From an uncultured virus (IMG/VR IMGVR_UViG_3300037067_013648) (lineage: Duplodnaviria > Heunggongvirae > Uroviricota > Caudoviricetes): DNA of 64,000 nt. Under the pieces are notes generated by a model that worked only from the letters and a program-made list of their open reading frames with translations, was not told the origin of the DNA and ran no database searches. Location of the stretch: IMG/VR virus record IMGVR_UViG_3300037067_013648; one strand, 5' to 3'. How positions within the stretch are numbered: the first letter of the stretch is position 1; each line of letters starts with the position of its first letter. The translations under genes were made by a program, and so were the position numbers. Of the stretch, positions 9,016 through 18,597 are shown piece by piece.

Positions 9016-9948
9016 ATGATAGATTGGGAAAAAACTTTTGTTAAGTTTGGTAAAACTATTGATAATATTACAAAGACTGATAAAGTTGTTTTTGTTTGTA
9101 ATAATTGTAATAGTAGTTATGATCTTTCGTATAAAACTATTAAAGAAAGAACTAGATATAATACATCAAAATGTAGATTTTGTGCAAATAAAACATTGAC
9201 CGATGAGGAAAGAGCTACTAGAAATTATGTTAGAGATTGTAGGTTACGTCGATCACCAGAAAAAAAGAGATGGTGTAATCGATATATATTTAGATCTTGG
9301 AAATCATTTTTAAATAATAAAATTATATCTTCGTTTCATGAAGATATAAATAAAAATCGTGATTTTAATATAAACTATGATTTTGTTAATGATTTATTGA
9401 TTAAACAGAATTATAAATGTGCATTAACAGGTGTTGATTTAGTACATGAGCAAACATTATTTGCTGCATCGATTGATAGAATTGATAATTTGATTGGTCA
9501 TACTATTGGTAATGTTCAAATTGTTTGTCGTGGTATTAATCTTGCTAAAAATAAGGGGTCAAATGATGATATAAAGTTATTTTTAAGGTGTTTATGTGAA
9601 AAAGAGATATTTGTACCACAAAAGTTTTCACGTGATTATTTGTCATCTATTGTTAGGAATTCTATTGGTAGAGATAGTAAGAAAAATAATATTTGTACTT
9701 TAACAACTGATCAAATAATTGATTTATACAATAAACAGGATGGTAAATGTAAATTGACTAATTTGCCATTAGCTTGTTATAAACATCCATGTTTTAGTTG
9801 TTCAATAGATAGAATTGATAATAAATTTGGACATAATATTGATAATATTCAATTAGTATTGAAATGTATTAATATTGCTAAGTCGTTATTTTCTAATGAA
9901 CAGACATTGCTTTGGCTTAAACAAATAAAGGATAATTACCATGAATGA
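9016..9948 (+). CDS. HNH-type endonuclease with two tandem nuclease domains
   Basis: Two copies of KCxLTxxxL...SIDRIDNxxGHxxxNxQxVxxxINxAK. Confidence 0.8.
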   Translation: MIDWEKTFVKFGKTIDNITKTDKVVFVCNNCNSSYDLSYKTIKERTRYNTSKCRFCANKTLTDEERATRNYVRDCRLRRSPEKKRWCNRYIFRSWKSFLNNKIISSFHEDINKNRDFNINYDFVNDLLIKQNYKCALTGVDLVHEQTLFAASIDRIDNLIGHTIGNVQIVCRGINLAKNKGSNDDIKLFLRCLCEKEIFVPQKFSRDYLSSIVRNSIGRDSKKNNICTLTTDQIIDLYNKQDGKCKLTNLPLACYKHPCFSCSIDRIDNKFGHNIDNIQLVLKCINIAKSLFSNEQTLLWLKQIKDNYHE

Positions 9949-11275
9949 AATGATTGAAGATTATAAAATTATGAGTTTAAGAGAAATGTCTAAAAAGTAT
10001 AACGTATCTGCAATGACTATTAGAAAAAGACTAAAGAAATTAAATATTGATACAAGCTATAATTTATCGATGCGTCCACCAGAATTAGATAATATCGATT
10101 ATCTTGAAAATAAGTTTAAAAATAATATCTCATATAAAGAATTAGCTAATGAATTAAAAGTTAGTAAAAATACAGTTATTGCTGCTGTTTGTCGTTGTTT
10201 AAAGGTTAGAGAGTTTATTTTTATTGGATATGATGAATTATGTAAGCTGCGTAAGAATAATTTAATAGTCGATATTGCTAATTTGTTTGATTCTACATTG
10301 CAAGTAGTGGTTTATAATTTGAAATATTATAATTTAGAAATTAAAAGTAATGAACGGCAATTAGATGATAATTTACCTGGAATTTATTATTCTGATTGGA
10401 AAAAAGAATTTAATGATTATGAATTATGTTTTAAATGGCTTATTAAGAATGGATTCAAACATGTTGAATATTCTAATAAAGTACTAATTGATGCTATTGA
10501 TGATATTAAAAATGCAGAACCAAATTTGAATACTAGTAATGGTCCAAGGAGTGCTTCATTGTTAATAAAGCACTTTTCTGACCATTTTTATTATTCCACA
10601 CATGATCAATATAATACTGTTTCATCAGCTTGGGAAATTGGTAATCAAAGTGTTTTAAAAAATGCATTAAAAATGATATGGAATAAGGATAAGAAATGTA
10701 ATATTTATACTTTAGTTAGAACTATAGCTAAACATTTTAAAGATTTTACAACTGTTTCAATATTTAAGCCATGGGTTGCTTCGTATATTTATAATACATA
10801 TCTGCCTAATGGAGGGATTGTTGTTGATCCATGTATGGGATGGGGCGGCAGATTATTAGGATGTCTGAATAAAAATATTGAATATATTGGATACGATTTT
10901 AATATTAATTCTGTAGATTCTAATAAAAAATTATCTAAATTTATCAAATTTGATAAATGTGAATTTATTTATGCTGATTCTTCTATTGTTGATTTTAAAC
11001 AAGGTGATTTATTGTTTACATCTCCGCCTTATGATGATACTGAATTATATTATGGTATTGATTCGTGTAAAACTGTTACTGAACCTATTTATAATAATAT
11101 TTTTAATAAATTTAATGGTATTATTGCTTTAAATGTTCCATTGAGACATGAAGAGTTATGTAAATCTATTGGTAATAAATATAATTATAAATTATTTGAT
11201 AAACATGAAATGAAGACTAATTCTTTTATGGGTCGTGAAAAGACTTATGAACCTATTTTGGTTTTTAAGAAGTAA
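9941..11275 (+). CDS. HTH-repeat plus amino (N4-C/N6-A) DNA methyltransferase
   Basis: SAM-binding DPCMGWGGRLLG, catalytic FTSPPY, N-terminal HTHs. Confidence 0.8.
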   Translation: MNEMIEDYKIMSLREMSKKYNVSAMTIRKRLKKLNIDTSYNLSMRPPELDNIDYLENKFKNNISYKELANELKVSKNTVIAAVCRCLKVREFIFIGYDELCKLRKNNLIVDIANLFDSTLQVVVYNLKYYNLEIKSNERQLDDNLPGIYYSDWKKEFNDYELCFKWLIKNGFKHVEYSNKVLIDAIDDIKNAEPNLNTSNGPRSASLLIKHFSDHFYYSTHDQYNTVSSAWEIGNQSVLKNALKMIWNKDKKCNIYTLVRTIAKHFKDFTTVSIFKPWVASYIYNTYLPNGGIVVDPCMGWGGRLLGCLNKNIEYIGYDFNINSVDSNKKLSKFIKFDKCEFIYADSSIVDFKQGDLLFTSPPYDDTELYYGIDSCKTVTEPIYNNIFNKFNGIIALNVPLRHEELCKSIGNKYNYKLFDKHEMKTNSFMGREKTYEPILVFKK

Positions 11276-11325
11276 TTTATGTATTTGAGATTTTATGAGT
11301 GAAACCTTTTAGTAAGGATAAATAG

Positions 11326-11625
11326 ATGGAATATGAATTAGTTGGAAAGGATGAGGCTAATAGTTTGGTGAATAATGTTTTGTTTCATGTTACTTCTTGT
11401 TTGATTGCACTTATTACGTTTGTTTTTCTTTTTTATACGCATAAAGGTGTTGTTTTTGTTGTTATTTCTGCTATTTTGTTTGTTTTTTCTTTTTTCTTTA
11501 CTGCTTGTAGGTTTAAGGTTGTTGAACGTAGGTTGGATGAGATTAAGGTTGATTTGACTAAAGAACGTGATAAGTTGGTTGCTGATAGGAAGGTTTTAAG
11601 TGATAGTTTATTGGATGATTACTAG
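11326..11625 (+). CDS. Small two-TM membrane protein
   Basis: Two hydrophobic segments and a charged C-terminus; AAGGA RBS. Confidence 0.65.
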   Translation: MEYELVGKDEANSLVNNVLFHVTSCLIALITFVFLFYTHKGVVFVVISAILFVFSFFFTACRFKVVERRLDEIKVDLTKERDKLVADRKVLSDSLLDDY

Positions 11626-11673
11626 GTATTTATTTGGCTGTTTTTGTTTTTACAAAGTATCAAGGAGTTATAT

Positions 11674-12444
11674 ATGATTACTTTGCTTAAGCTTCGTGGT
11701 GATCAGGAGTGTTCTTATCGTTTGGGTTTTGATAAGAAGTCTGAGAGTGAGTTGTCTAATGTTTGTTGTGTTGAGGTTTATAATATTGCTTGGGCTGCTA
11801 TTAAGAGTATGGTTGAGGTTTGGAATTATGTTGATAGGGTTCCTCATTATGATGAGTTGCATGCTATTTGGTATGGTGAGAAGTTGAATTCTCCTTTTAG
11901 GACTTGTGATAGGTTTTTTGATATTGCTAGGGTTGCTAAGGCTAAGATTCGTAAGTTTTATGTTGATTATTTGGGTAGAGAGCCTAATCATGATGAGTTG
12001 ATGGGTGCGTTTAGACAGGCTTTTATTGATCCTGATTTTCATTTTAATTGGAAGATTAAGGATCGTAAGAAGGATGGTAGTTGTACTAAACATTTTTTGA
12101 GGATTAATTATGATAATAGGGGTAGGAAGGATATGGTTAAGTTGTGTGATCGTGTTGAGATTGGTAGGTGTATGGTTTGTAATAAACCTGTTTTTGTTTA
12201 TGATAATAGCTTGATGTTGGTCAATGCTGGTGAGATTAGGTTGTTATTTGGTTTTGGTTCGCAGTTGGATAATCATTATGGTACTGGTTTTGTTCATGAT
12301 TTGTGTGCTGCTAGGTTGGATCAGAGGATTTTTAAGCATAGGTTGGATTGGGGGTATGATAATAGGTATAAGGTTGATTTGAAGCGTAGTAAGTTTGGTA
12401 ATATTAAGTTGGTTAAAACTGTTAATGAAGATAAAGGTTTATGA
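11674..12444 (+). CDS. Hypothetical protein
   Basis: AAGGAG RBS before the ATG at 11674; strongly G/T-ending codons. Confidence 0.7.
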   Translation: MITLLKLRGDQECSYRLGFDKKSESELSNVCCVEVYNIAWAAIKSMVEVWNYVDRVPHYDELHAIWYGEKLNSPFRTCDRFFDIARVAKAKIRKFYVDYLGREPNHDELMGAFRQAFIDPDFHFNWKIKDRKKDGSCTKHFLRINYDNRGRKDMVKLCDRVEIGRCMVCNKPVFVYDNSLMLVNAGEIRLLFGFGSQLDNHYGTGFVHDLCAARLDQRIFKHRLDWGYDNRYKVDLKRSKFGNIKLVKTVNEDKGL

Positions 12445-13076
12445 ATAAAAAAGATTTATTTGCTATGGCTGCGGCTTGTTTTGAAGGACAAGACTTTGAT
12501 TCAATTTTTGGGAGCGATCGTATTGATACTACTAATGATAAAGAATCTAAGTTAGCTGATGAGGTTCATAAAGAAATTATAATATGGTTGCGTAAGAAAG
12601 CTGGTATAATTAAGAAGATAAAACCGTTAAATATTAATTATGTTTTTATTAAAAGAACAAAAATTGATGGATATGATGATAATGGAAATCCAATAAATGA
12701 TGAGCAAATTGCTTATTATAATCATGTAGCTAAATTATGGCAAATTTATATTTTTGAAGGAAGAGTAGAACAATTCTTGTATGATAACAATAATAATCCG
12801 CCACAGATTGAATGTGTAAGGACTTTGAAGAGGCTTAGGGAGTGTAATCATACTATTGTGATTTATTCGTGTAGGTCTAATCCTGATTGTGTTAATGATT
12901 CTGTTGGTTCTACTCATGATATGGTTAATTATCTTAATGATTATGGGATTCCTTTTGACAGGGTTGAGTTTAATAAGCCGTTTTTTAATTTTTATATTGA
13001 TGATAGGGCTGTTGGTGTTCCTTTAACTAATGATCATTCTGTTGATTGGGTTAAGATTAATAAATTAATTGATTAA
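12441..13076 (+). CDS. HAD-superfamily-like protein lacking motif I
   Basis: HTIVIYSCR, GIPFD and KP..FYIDDRA are present, but there is no DxDGT. Confidence 0.55.
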   Translation: MNKKDLFAMAAACFEGQDFDSIFGSDRIDTTNDKESKLADEVHKEIIIWLRKKAGIIKKIKPLNINYVFIKRTKIDGYDDNGNPINDEQIAYYNHVAKLWQIYIFEGRVEQFLYDNNNNPPQIECVRTLKRLRECNHTIVIYSCRSNPDCVNDSVGSTHDMVNYLNDYGIPFDRVEFNKPFFNFYIDDRAVGVPLTNDHSVDWVKINKLID

Positions 13077-13111
13077 TAATTTTAGCAAATATATTGTTAG
13101 GAGAATAAGCC

Positions 13112-13561
13112 ATGGCTATCAGAAATTTTACTATGAATATTTCTGGTATAATTGCTAATAGTGATAATGTGGTTAAGAGTTTTGGTGTTTGGTTTGATTC
13201 TGCACAGAAAGCTTTACTTACTGGTAGCGCTGATGCTTTTGCTGATCTTTTTCCTAGTAAAGCTGCTATAGTTAGTCAGCTTTTAGCGCTTTTTAGCCCG
13301 GTTAGTGTTTCTTTTTCTAGTCTTCCTTCTTCTATTAATTCTGCTTCTTCATTTACTATGATTGTTTCTGGTAATGTTGCTTATGATGACAATACTGTTA
13401 AGTCATTTTCGTTTGAGGTTCAGGGTGATGATGGTGTTTATAAGCATATTTCTGATGGTAATGTTACTCTTGATGAGCTTGTAGCTGATTCTACTTTTAA
13501 TGCTGTTGTTACTGATATGCTTGATGATCTTATTGGTTCTGCTGTTACTATTACTGCTTAA
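13112..13561 (+). CDS. Probable virion protein with internal duplication
   Basis: FTMNISGIIANSDNVVKSF versus FTMIVSGNVAYDDNTVKSF; AAATATA motif and GGAG RBS. Confidence 0.6.
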   Translation: MAIRNFTMNISGIIANSDNVVKSFGVWFDSAQKALLTGSADAFADLFPSKAAIVSQLLALFSPVSVSFSSLPSSINSASSFTMIVSGNVAYDDNTVKSFSFEVQGDDGVYKHISDGNVTLDELVADSTFNAVVTDMLDDLIGSAVTITA

Positions 13562-13588
13562 TTTTTGGTTTGTTGTAAAATATAATTT

Positions 13589-14317
13589 ATGATTACTAAG
13601 CAGGATATTGTTATTGAGAATAGTAGTGGTATTGATATTATTCCTGCTGGTACTGTAATTGAAGCTTATGGCAATAGATATGACAGTAGGTATAGTGGTC
13701 ATATTGATGATGCTTTGAAGATGGCTACTAATGATCAAATTGATTTTATTAAATCTTCATTAGTTGATGCTGGTGTTACTGAGGATTCTTTAAAAGATAT
13801 TATGGCTAAGCTTTCTGGACATGCTTCGATATATTCTTTCAGGGGCTTGAGCGAGTTAAGCTATCGTGCTGCTTCTAAAGTCATAGATCACATCAGAAAT
13901 AATACTCCTGCGTTCCGTAATGCACTTGGAGAAGCTGGTAATATTGCAAATGCTAAAAAAGAGTATAATGAATATATTAAGAATACTCCAATATGGATTA
14001 AGTTAGTTTCTGCTTATGGTAATGATTTTAAATATATTTTAGATATTATTGATAATAAGGGGTTTGAACAATTTATATCTAAAGTAAGACTGGATGCTAG
14101 GCCCAAAAATATTGATAAATATTTAGAGATGTCTGATAATATATCTCAGGTTCAATCATTTGATACTAACACAAATAATTTGAAAAAAGTACTTGATGAA
14201 TATGATAATAATCGTGAGTTGGCTAATAAACAGATGATTGGAATTAAATCTTTCTATAATACTTGGAATGAATTTAATAATAAAAAGAAAGAATTATATA
14301 ATAAAACATTTAAATAA
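13589..14317 (+). CDS. Hypothetical protein with an N-terminal DIVIE..AGT motif
   Basis: 242-aa ORF; AAATATA 11 nt before the ATG. Confidence 0.7.
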   Translation: MITKQDIVIENSSGIDIIPAGTVIEAYGNRYDSRYSGHIDDALKMATNDQIDFIKSSLVDAGVTEDSLKDIMAKLSGHASIYSFRGLSELSYRAASKVIDHIRNNTPAFRNALGEAGNIANAKKEYNEYIKNTPIWIKLVSAYGNDFKYILDIIDNKGFEQFISKVRLDARPKNIDKYLEMSDNISQVQSFDTNTNNLKKVLDEYDNNRELANKQMIGIKSFYNTWNEFNNKKKELYNKTFK

Positions 14318-14335
14318 CATATATTATGTATTTAA

Positions 14336-14794
14336 TTGTCAATGACAGATTATTCTTTATTCACTACTGCTGAGCTTATTAATGAGCTTAATAAATATAC
14401 TAGTGCTTTTGCGTTAATTTATCTTAATCATGATGAGGATATAGGTCCTAAATCTATTAGGACTAATGTTAATTGTAGGGAGTCTGCTAGGTTACAAATT
14501 GCTGGCTTGACTGCTAAAATTTATAACTGGATGTCTAATGAAATGAGGGATAGAATAAAATCTTCTGATCAACCAAAATTAGAGCAATTTAATAAGCAAG
14601 ATCAATTTGAAGTACAGTCTAATTCTGATGGTAAGGAAATTTTGAGTGCTCTTAAGAATAGGACTGAGGCTGGTGTTGCTGCTATAGTTTTTCATCAAGA
14701 TTATGAGATATTTTATAAAAGTTGGGAGAAATCAAAGGGTCAATCTTATGGATTAATTCATGAATTGTATGAAAGGATAATAAATGAAACGTGA
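14336..14794 (+). CDS. Hypothetical protein with weak internal duplication
   Basis: ELINELNKYTSAFALI versus EILSALKNRTEAGVAAI. Confidence 0.65.
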   Translation: MSMTDYSLFTTAELINELNKYTSAFALIYLNHDEDIGPKSIRTNVNCRESARLQIAGLTAKIYNWMSNEMRDRIKSSDQPKLEQFNKQDQFEVQSNSDGKEILSALKNRTEAGVAAIVFHQDYEIFYKSWEKSKGQSYGLIHELYERIINET

Positions 14795-15536
14795 TATAGT
14801 TAAAGTTAATCAAAATGATGTTTCAGTGATTAATGACATTGATGTTGATAAACCAAAATCATTTATTGAGATATTAGAAGAAGAATCTGATAAGATTGGT
14901 GGAAAATACTTATCTATATTATATCCTAAATTCATGTTATCGGCTTATAATCGTGTTTATAGTATGAGATGGCCTATTGATGAGGGTAATCCAGAATCGT
15001 TTATAGATCAGCATTTATCTGAATGGATTAGAAAATTATCTTATAAAGATATTTATATGAATATGTTGATTAATTGTGTTAAATCAGATGATATTTTAAT
15101 GAAGATTTTATGTTTAAGGATGAATTATGCTTTAACAATTGGCAAGGAAAGTGTTTCTGGTGAGGTTAAGATTTTTAGGAATAAGTCTGGACATTTGCTC
15201 TTTAATGAGTCATTTAAAACTGTTGGTGATAGTGTTGTTTATGATGGTGACCTTGATTCTTCTTTTCTTAGCGATGAGGAAATAGAAGAATGGGCTAATA
15301 AGTTTTATTCTTCAAGTGAAACTGTTTCTTCTTCTAAGACTGGTTTACCGGAACATGTTTTATATAAAATTAATGAGATGTTATCACAATTTGGTTATGA
15401 TATAAATACTGATTTAAATTCTGTTTATAATGAGTTGAGTAATTTAAATAAGATATATATTGAAGAGGGTATTGTTGCTAGAGTTGCATTTTTGGTTATT
15501 ATTAGTTCTATTGGTGAACAAAGGTATATAAAATAA
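14784..15536 (+). CDS. Hypothetical protein
   Basis: 250-aa ORF overlapping the upstream stop; AAGGA RBS. Confidence 0.7.
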   Translation: MKRDIVKVNQNDVSVINDIDVDKPKSFIEILEEESDKIGGKYLSILYPKFMLSAYNRVYSMRWPIDEGNPESFIDQHLSEWIRKLSYKDIYMNMLINCVKSDDILMKILCLRMNYALTIGKESVSGEVKIFRNKSGHLLFNESFKTVGDSVVYDGDLDSSFLSDEEIEEWANKFYSSSETVSSSKTGLPEHVLYKINEMLSQFGYDINTDLNSVYNELSNLNKIYIEEGIVARVAFLVIISSIGEQRYIK

Positions 15537-15537
15537 T

Positions 15538-15930
15538 ATGAAAGTAAATGATATTATTACAATTATTGCTGGAAATGAAAATATTCCTGAGGCTATTATT
15601 GGTAAATCTGGTTTTATTGAGGAAGATGCTGGCTTTATTAATGGTTCTCATAATTATGTTGTAGTTATTGTTGATAATGATGGTACTCCTATTGGTAATG
15701 GTCCTGTTCCTGAGTCTTGTCTTAAGTTGACTGATGATAAGATGGCTATTGATGCTGTTAATTTATTTAATGATAAGTTAAAGAATATTATTGATAATAC
15801 TAAGTCTAAGGTTGTTGATATTAATGCTGGTCTTAATGAATTATCTAAGAAATATAATATTCCTGCTGATAAAATTAGGGAAATATATACTGATGTTTAT
15901 AAGTTGACTAAAGGTATTTTAGATTCTTAA
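15538..15930 (+). CDS. Hypothetical protein
   Basis: 130-aa ORF packed in the operon. Confidence 0.65.
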   Translation: MKVNDIITIIAGNENIPEAIIGKSGFIEEDAGFINGSHNYVVVIVDNDGTPIGNGPVPESCLKLTDDKMAIDAVNLFNDKLKNIIDNTKSKVVDINAGLNELSKKYNIPADKIREIYTDVYKLTKGILDS

Positions 15931-15945
15931 CCAAGGAATTAACAT

Positions 15946-16143
15946 ATGGCACATGGTCATGTACATACTTATGAGTTTGGTGATAAAACTAAACTACAGA
16001 TTTTTAATCTTCAATTTATGAATAAGGATGAGGTTTTGCTTATCAAGAATTCTCTTGATAAGGTTATGCCTAAGGATAGGAATGATGTGTATAATGTTCT
16101 TATTAAGACTGTTAATAATATGTTAGATAATTCTAATATTTAA
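15946..16143 (+). CDS. Small hypothetical protein
   Basis: AAGGAA RBS; 65 aa. Confidence 0.6.
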   Translation: MAHGHVHTYEFGDKTKLQIFNLQFMNKDEVLLIKNSLDKVMPKDRNDVYNVLIKTVNNMLDNSNI

Positions 16144-16148
16144 TTTGT

Positions 16149-16179
16149 ATATTAACGATTATGAAAATCCTGTTAAAAA
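16149..16179 (+). promoter_or_regulatory. ATATTAA-N15-TGTTAWAAA promoter (also at 16779, 18548, 20216, 25374)
   Basis: The same bipartite motif with an exact 15-bp gap occurs upstream of five genes. Confidence 0.75.
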
Positions 16180-16239
16180 ATGGTATCAGCAACTCCGCTG
16201 ATGTCATAATAATGAGACTATAACCTTAAGGAGGTAACT

Positions 16240-16710
16240 ATGTCTCTTGAGAATGGGTGTGTATACAAGGGTATTGTTAAGAGCTTCGGTACTAATCGAG
16301 GCTTTGGCTTTATCCAGGCTGATGGATGCGTTGATGATGATGACAACGTATTCGTTCACCAGACTGATATCGTTATGGATGGGTACAGGTGTCTGTATCC
16401 TAACGAGGAAGTCGAATTCACTCTTGAAATTACTAGCAGTAATGAGTATAAGGCTCGTTATGTTCGGTTGCTGAGTGAACGGAATGAAAATGATCATCGT
16501 CAGAGGGGTGATCACCAGAATCGTGACAATGGACATCGCGATCAGGGGCCTCGTAAGCCGCTGGTTGATGCTGGACAACGTGCTCTGGTTCGGATTGAGC
16601 GTCTTGAAGCTCAATTCAAGAAGCTGATTGAAACTCTGTCACATGATCGTGATGGTGTGATTCTTGAGGCTGCTGATATTAGTGATATTTATTCTGCTGC
16701 CAGCAAGTAA
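16240..16710 (+). CDS. Cold-shock domain protein with a C-terminal extension
   Basis: GIVKSFGTNRGFGFI (RNP1) and NVFVHQTDI (RNP2); AAGGAGG RBS. Confidence 0.92.
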   Translation: MSLENGCVYKGIVKSFGTNRGFGFIQADGCVDDDDNVFVHQTDIVMDGYRCLYPNEEVEFTLEITSSNEYKARYVRLLSERNENDHRQRGDHQNRDNGHRDQGPRKPLVDAGQRALVRIERLEAQFKKLIETLSHDRDGVILEAADISDIYSAASK

Positions 16711-16736
16711 TATTACTAATTCCCCTCGCGTGTGAC

Positions 16737-16775
16737 GTTGTGCCGTAGCCATAATGGTTACGGCACAACTGTTTT
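16737..16775 (+). terminator. Intrinsic terminator
   Basis: Stem gttgtgccgtagcca / tggttacggcacaac followed by tgtttt. Confidence 0.8.
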
Positions 16776-16826
16776 AATATATTAAAAATTACTTTATTAT
16801 TGTTATAAACATATGGAGATTTTACT

Positions 16827-17783
16827 ATGATTAATCACAACAATGTGTGCCTTTTCATTCGTGGTATCTATAGCGTTCAAAAGCTTAGGATACAGATTGG
16901 GAATAGGATTTGTGCACAGTTTAAGGCTAAGCTTGGTCAAGCTCCTGGTACGTCTGAGGATGATCTTGATGATGATAGTGTTAAAATTCTTGATCAACTT
17001 CGTACTGAATTTAAGAAAATCACTGATGGTGTAAAGAATGTGAAGCTTGCCACTTTTAAGTCTAGTCCGCTTATTTCCGACTATACTGAATTTTGTCTTT
17101 TGCAACAGTATCTTGAACTTGAAGAGAGCGAGGAACGGCATCTTAAGAATGTAGAAAAGATGCTGGTTGAATATCCTATTTGGAATGAATTCTTGAGTAA
17201 GATTCCTGGATGTGGTCCTAAGATGGGTGGTATTATAATTAGTGAAATTGATATTAAGATAGCTAAGTATCCTAGTAGTTTATGGCAATATGCTGGTCTT
17301 GGGGTTGAGCCTGATGGTGCTGGTACCAGTCGTAGGAAAGAACATCTTAAGGTAATTCCTTATACTGATAAGGATGGTAATCCTGCTACTAGGGTTGGTA
17401 TTAGGTTTAATCCTTTTTTGAAGACTAAGCTTATTGGTGTTCTTGGTCCTTGTATTCTTAAGTCTGGTACCAAGAAGGTAAAGGTCGATGACAAAACTAA
17501 GATCTTAGACCTTGAGAATAGCTCGTCATATGTAAAGATTTATCTTAATTATAAAAATCGTCTTGAGAATCATTCTCAATATGGTGTTGCTTTTGATAGT
17601 ACTATTAAGGGAAATAAGGCTCATCGCCATAATATGGCTATTAGGTATATGATTAAGAGGTTTTTGGTTGATTTATATAATGTTTGGCGTAAGCTTGAGA
17701 ATCTTCCAGTTGCTCCTGAATATGGTGAGGCTAAACTTGGCCATATTCATGGCGCTGGTCCATCATTTAGTGCACAAGGATAA
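16827..17783 (+). CDS. IS110/IS116 C-terminal (Nop-like) domain protein without a RuvC DEDD domain; TasA-like
   Basis: FLSKIPGCGPKMGGIIISEID, SSLWQYAGL, FNPFLKTKL, HRHNMAIRYMIKRFLVDLY; coiled-coil N-terminus. Confidence 0.75.
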   Translation: MINHNNVCLFIRGIYSVQKLRIQIGNRICAQFKAKLGQAPGTSEDDLDDDSVKILDQLRTEFKKITDGVKNVKLATFKSSPLISDYTEFCLLQQYLELEESEERHLKNVEKMLVEYPIWNEFLSKIPGCGPKMGGIIISEIDIKIAKYPSSLWQYAGLGVEPDGAGTSRRKEHLKVIPYTDKDGNPATRVGIRFNPFLKTKLIGVLGPCILKSGTKKVKVDDKTKILDLENSSSYVKIYLNYKNRLENHSQYGVAFDSTIKGNKAHRHNMAIRYMIKRFLVDLYNVWRKLENLPVAPEYGEAKLGHIHGAGPSFSAQG

Positions 17784-17786
17784 CTT

Positions 17787-18074
17787 ATGAAATATATCTG
17801 CAATACATGTGGTAAGGGGTGTAAGAATGCTCGTAAGGGGTGGTCTTGCGCTTCTAAAGACAAGAATAGTAGCCCAGAATTTCTTAAAATTAGACGTACA
17901 AAGAAATTAAAGACTGTGAGAAAAGGTTGGATGCATATACATGCTGGTATTCCATATAGTGGTTTGTTTGATTTAAAGACGAAATGTTTAGCTGATATTT
18001 ATTATAAATCTAATAATAATGTTTTGTCTCGTGCTCGTCGTGCTACTATCACTACCATAATAACTTGGGATTGA
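17787..18074 (+). CDS. Small basic Cys-containing protein
   Basis: 95-aa ORF with AAGGA RBS. Confidence 0.6.
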   Translation: MKYICNTCGKGCKNARKGWSCASKDKNSSPEFLKIRRTKKLKTVRKGWMHIHAGIPYSGLFDLKTKCLADIYYKSNNNVLSRARRATITTIITWD

Positions 18075-18075
18075 T

Positions 18076-18339
18076 ATGATTAAGCATACTCATTGGTTGT
18101 ATGGTTTTGGTCCTGATAAAGAGGTTAAATTTAATACACCTATTAAAGTTGAAGATGATTGTGTAAAGTGTTTACACAATAAAGTGTGTAATCGTAGTAT
18201 GGACAAGAGATGTGAGAATTATGAATTTGGAAGTAGTTCTGATCTTAATTGTTGTCAGTCTTGTACTCATAAATATACTAGGTATGATAAGGATAAGATT
18301 CCTTGTTTTAAGTGTAATGATTTTTTACCAAGTATTTAA
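18076..18339 (+). CDS. Small Cys-rich protein
   Basis: CVKCLHNKVC, CCQSC and CFKC motifs. Confidence 0.6.
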   Translation: MIKHTHWLYGFGPDKEVKFNTPIKVEDDCVKCLHNKVCNRSMDKRCENYEFGSSSDLNCCQSCTHKYTRYDKDKIPCFKCNDFLPSI

Positions 18340-18356
18340 ATAAATTAGGAGATGTT

Positions 18357-18548
18357 ATGATTACTTGGTTGTTAGCTAAATTATATGGTGATTAATCATT
18401 AAAGGCTTTATTACGGTTACGTGCTGAAAATCGTAATCTTGAACGAGAAAATTAATATCTTCGTAAGAAACTTAAAGATAGAAGTGAAACTATGCAACAA
18501 ATTGTAAGGTTAGCAAAAGAAAATTGTGATGATATTTTGTTTTATTAA
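18357..18548 (+). pseudogene. Small gene interrupted by two in-frame TAA codons
   Basis: AGGAG RBS; MITWLLAKLYGD*SLKALLRLRAENRNLEREN*YLRKKLKDRSETMQQIVRLAKENCDDILFY*. Confidence 0.65.
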
Positions 18549-18597
18549 TATTAACTGATGTTTTAGTCTTGTTATAAATAAATTAAGGAGACATATT

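Noticed and set aside
16827..17783. Active IS110 insertion sequence
   Set aside because: No N-terminal DEDD RuvC domain and no non-coding IS ends; the gene is integrated in a phage operon
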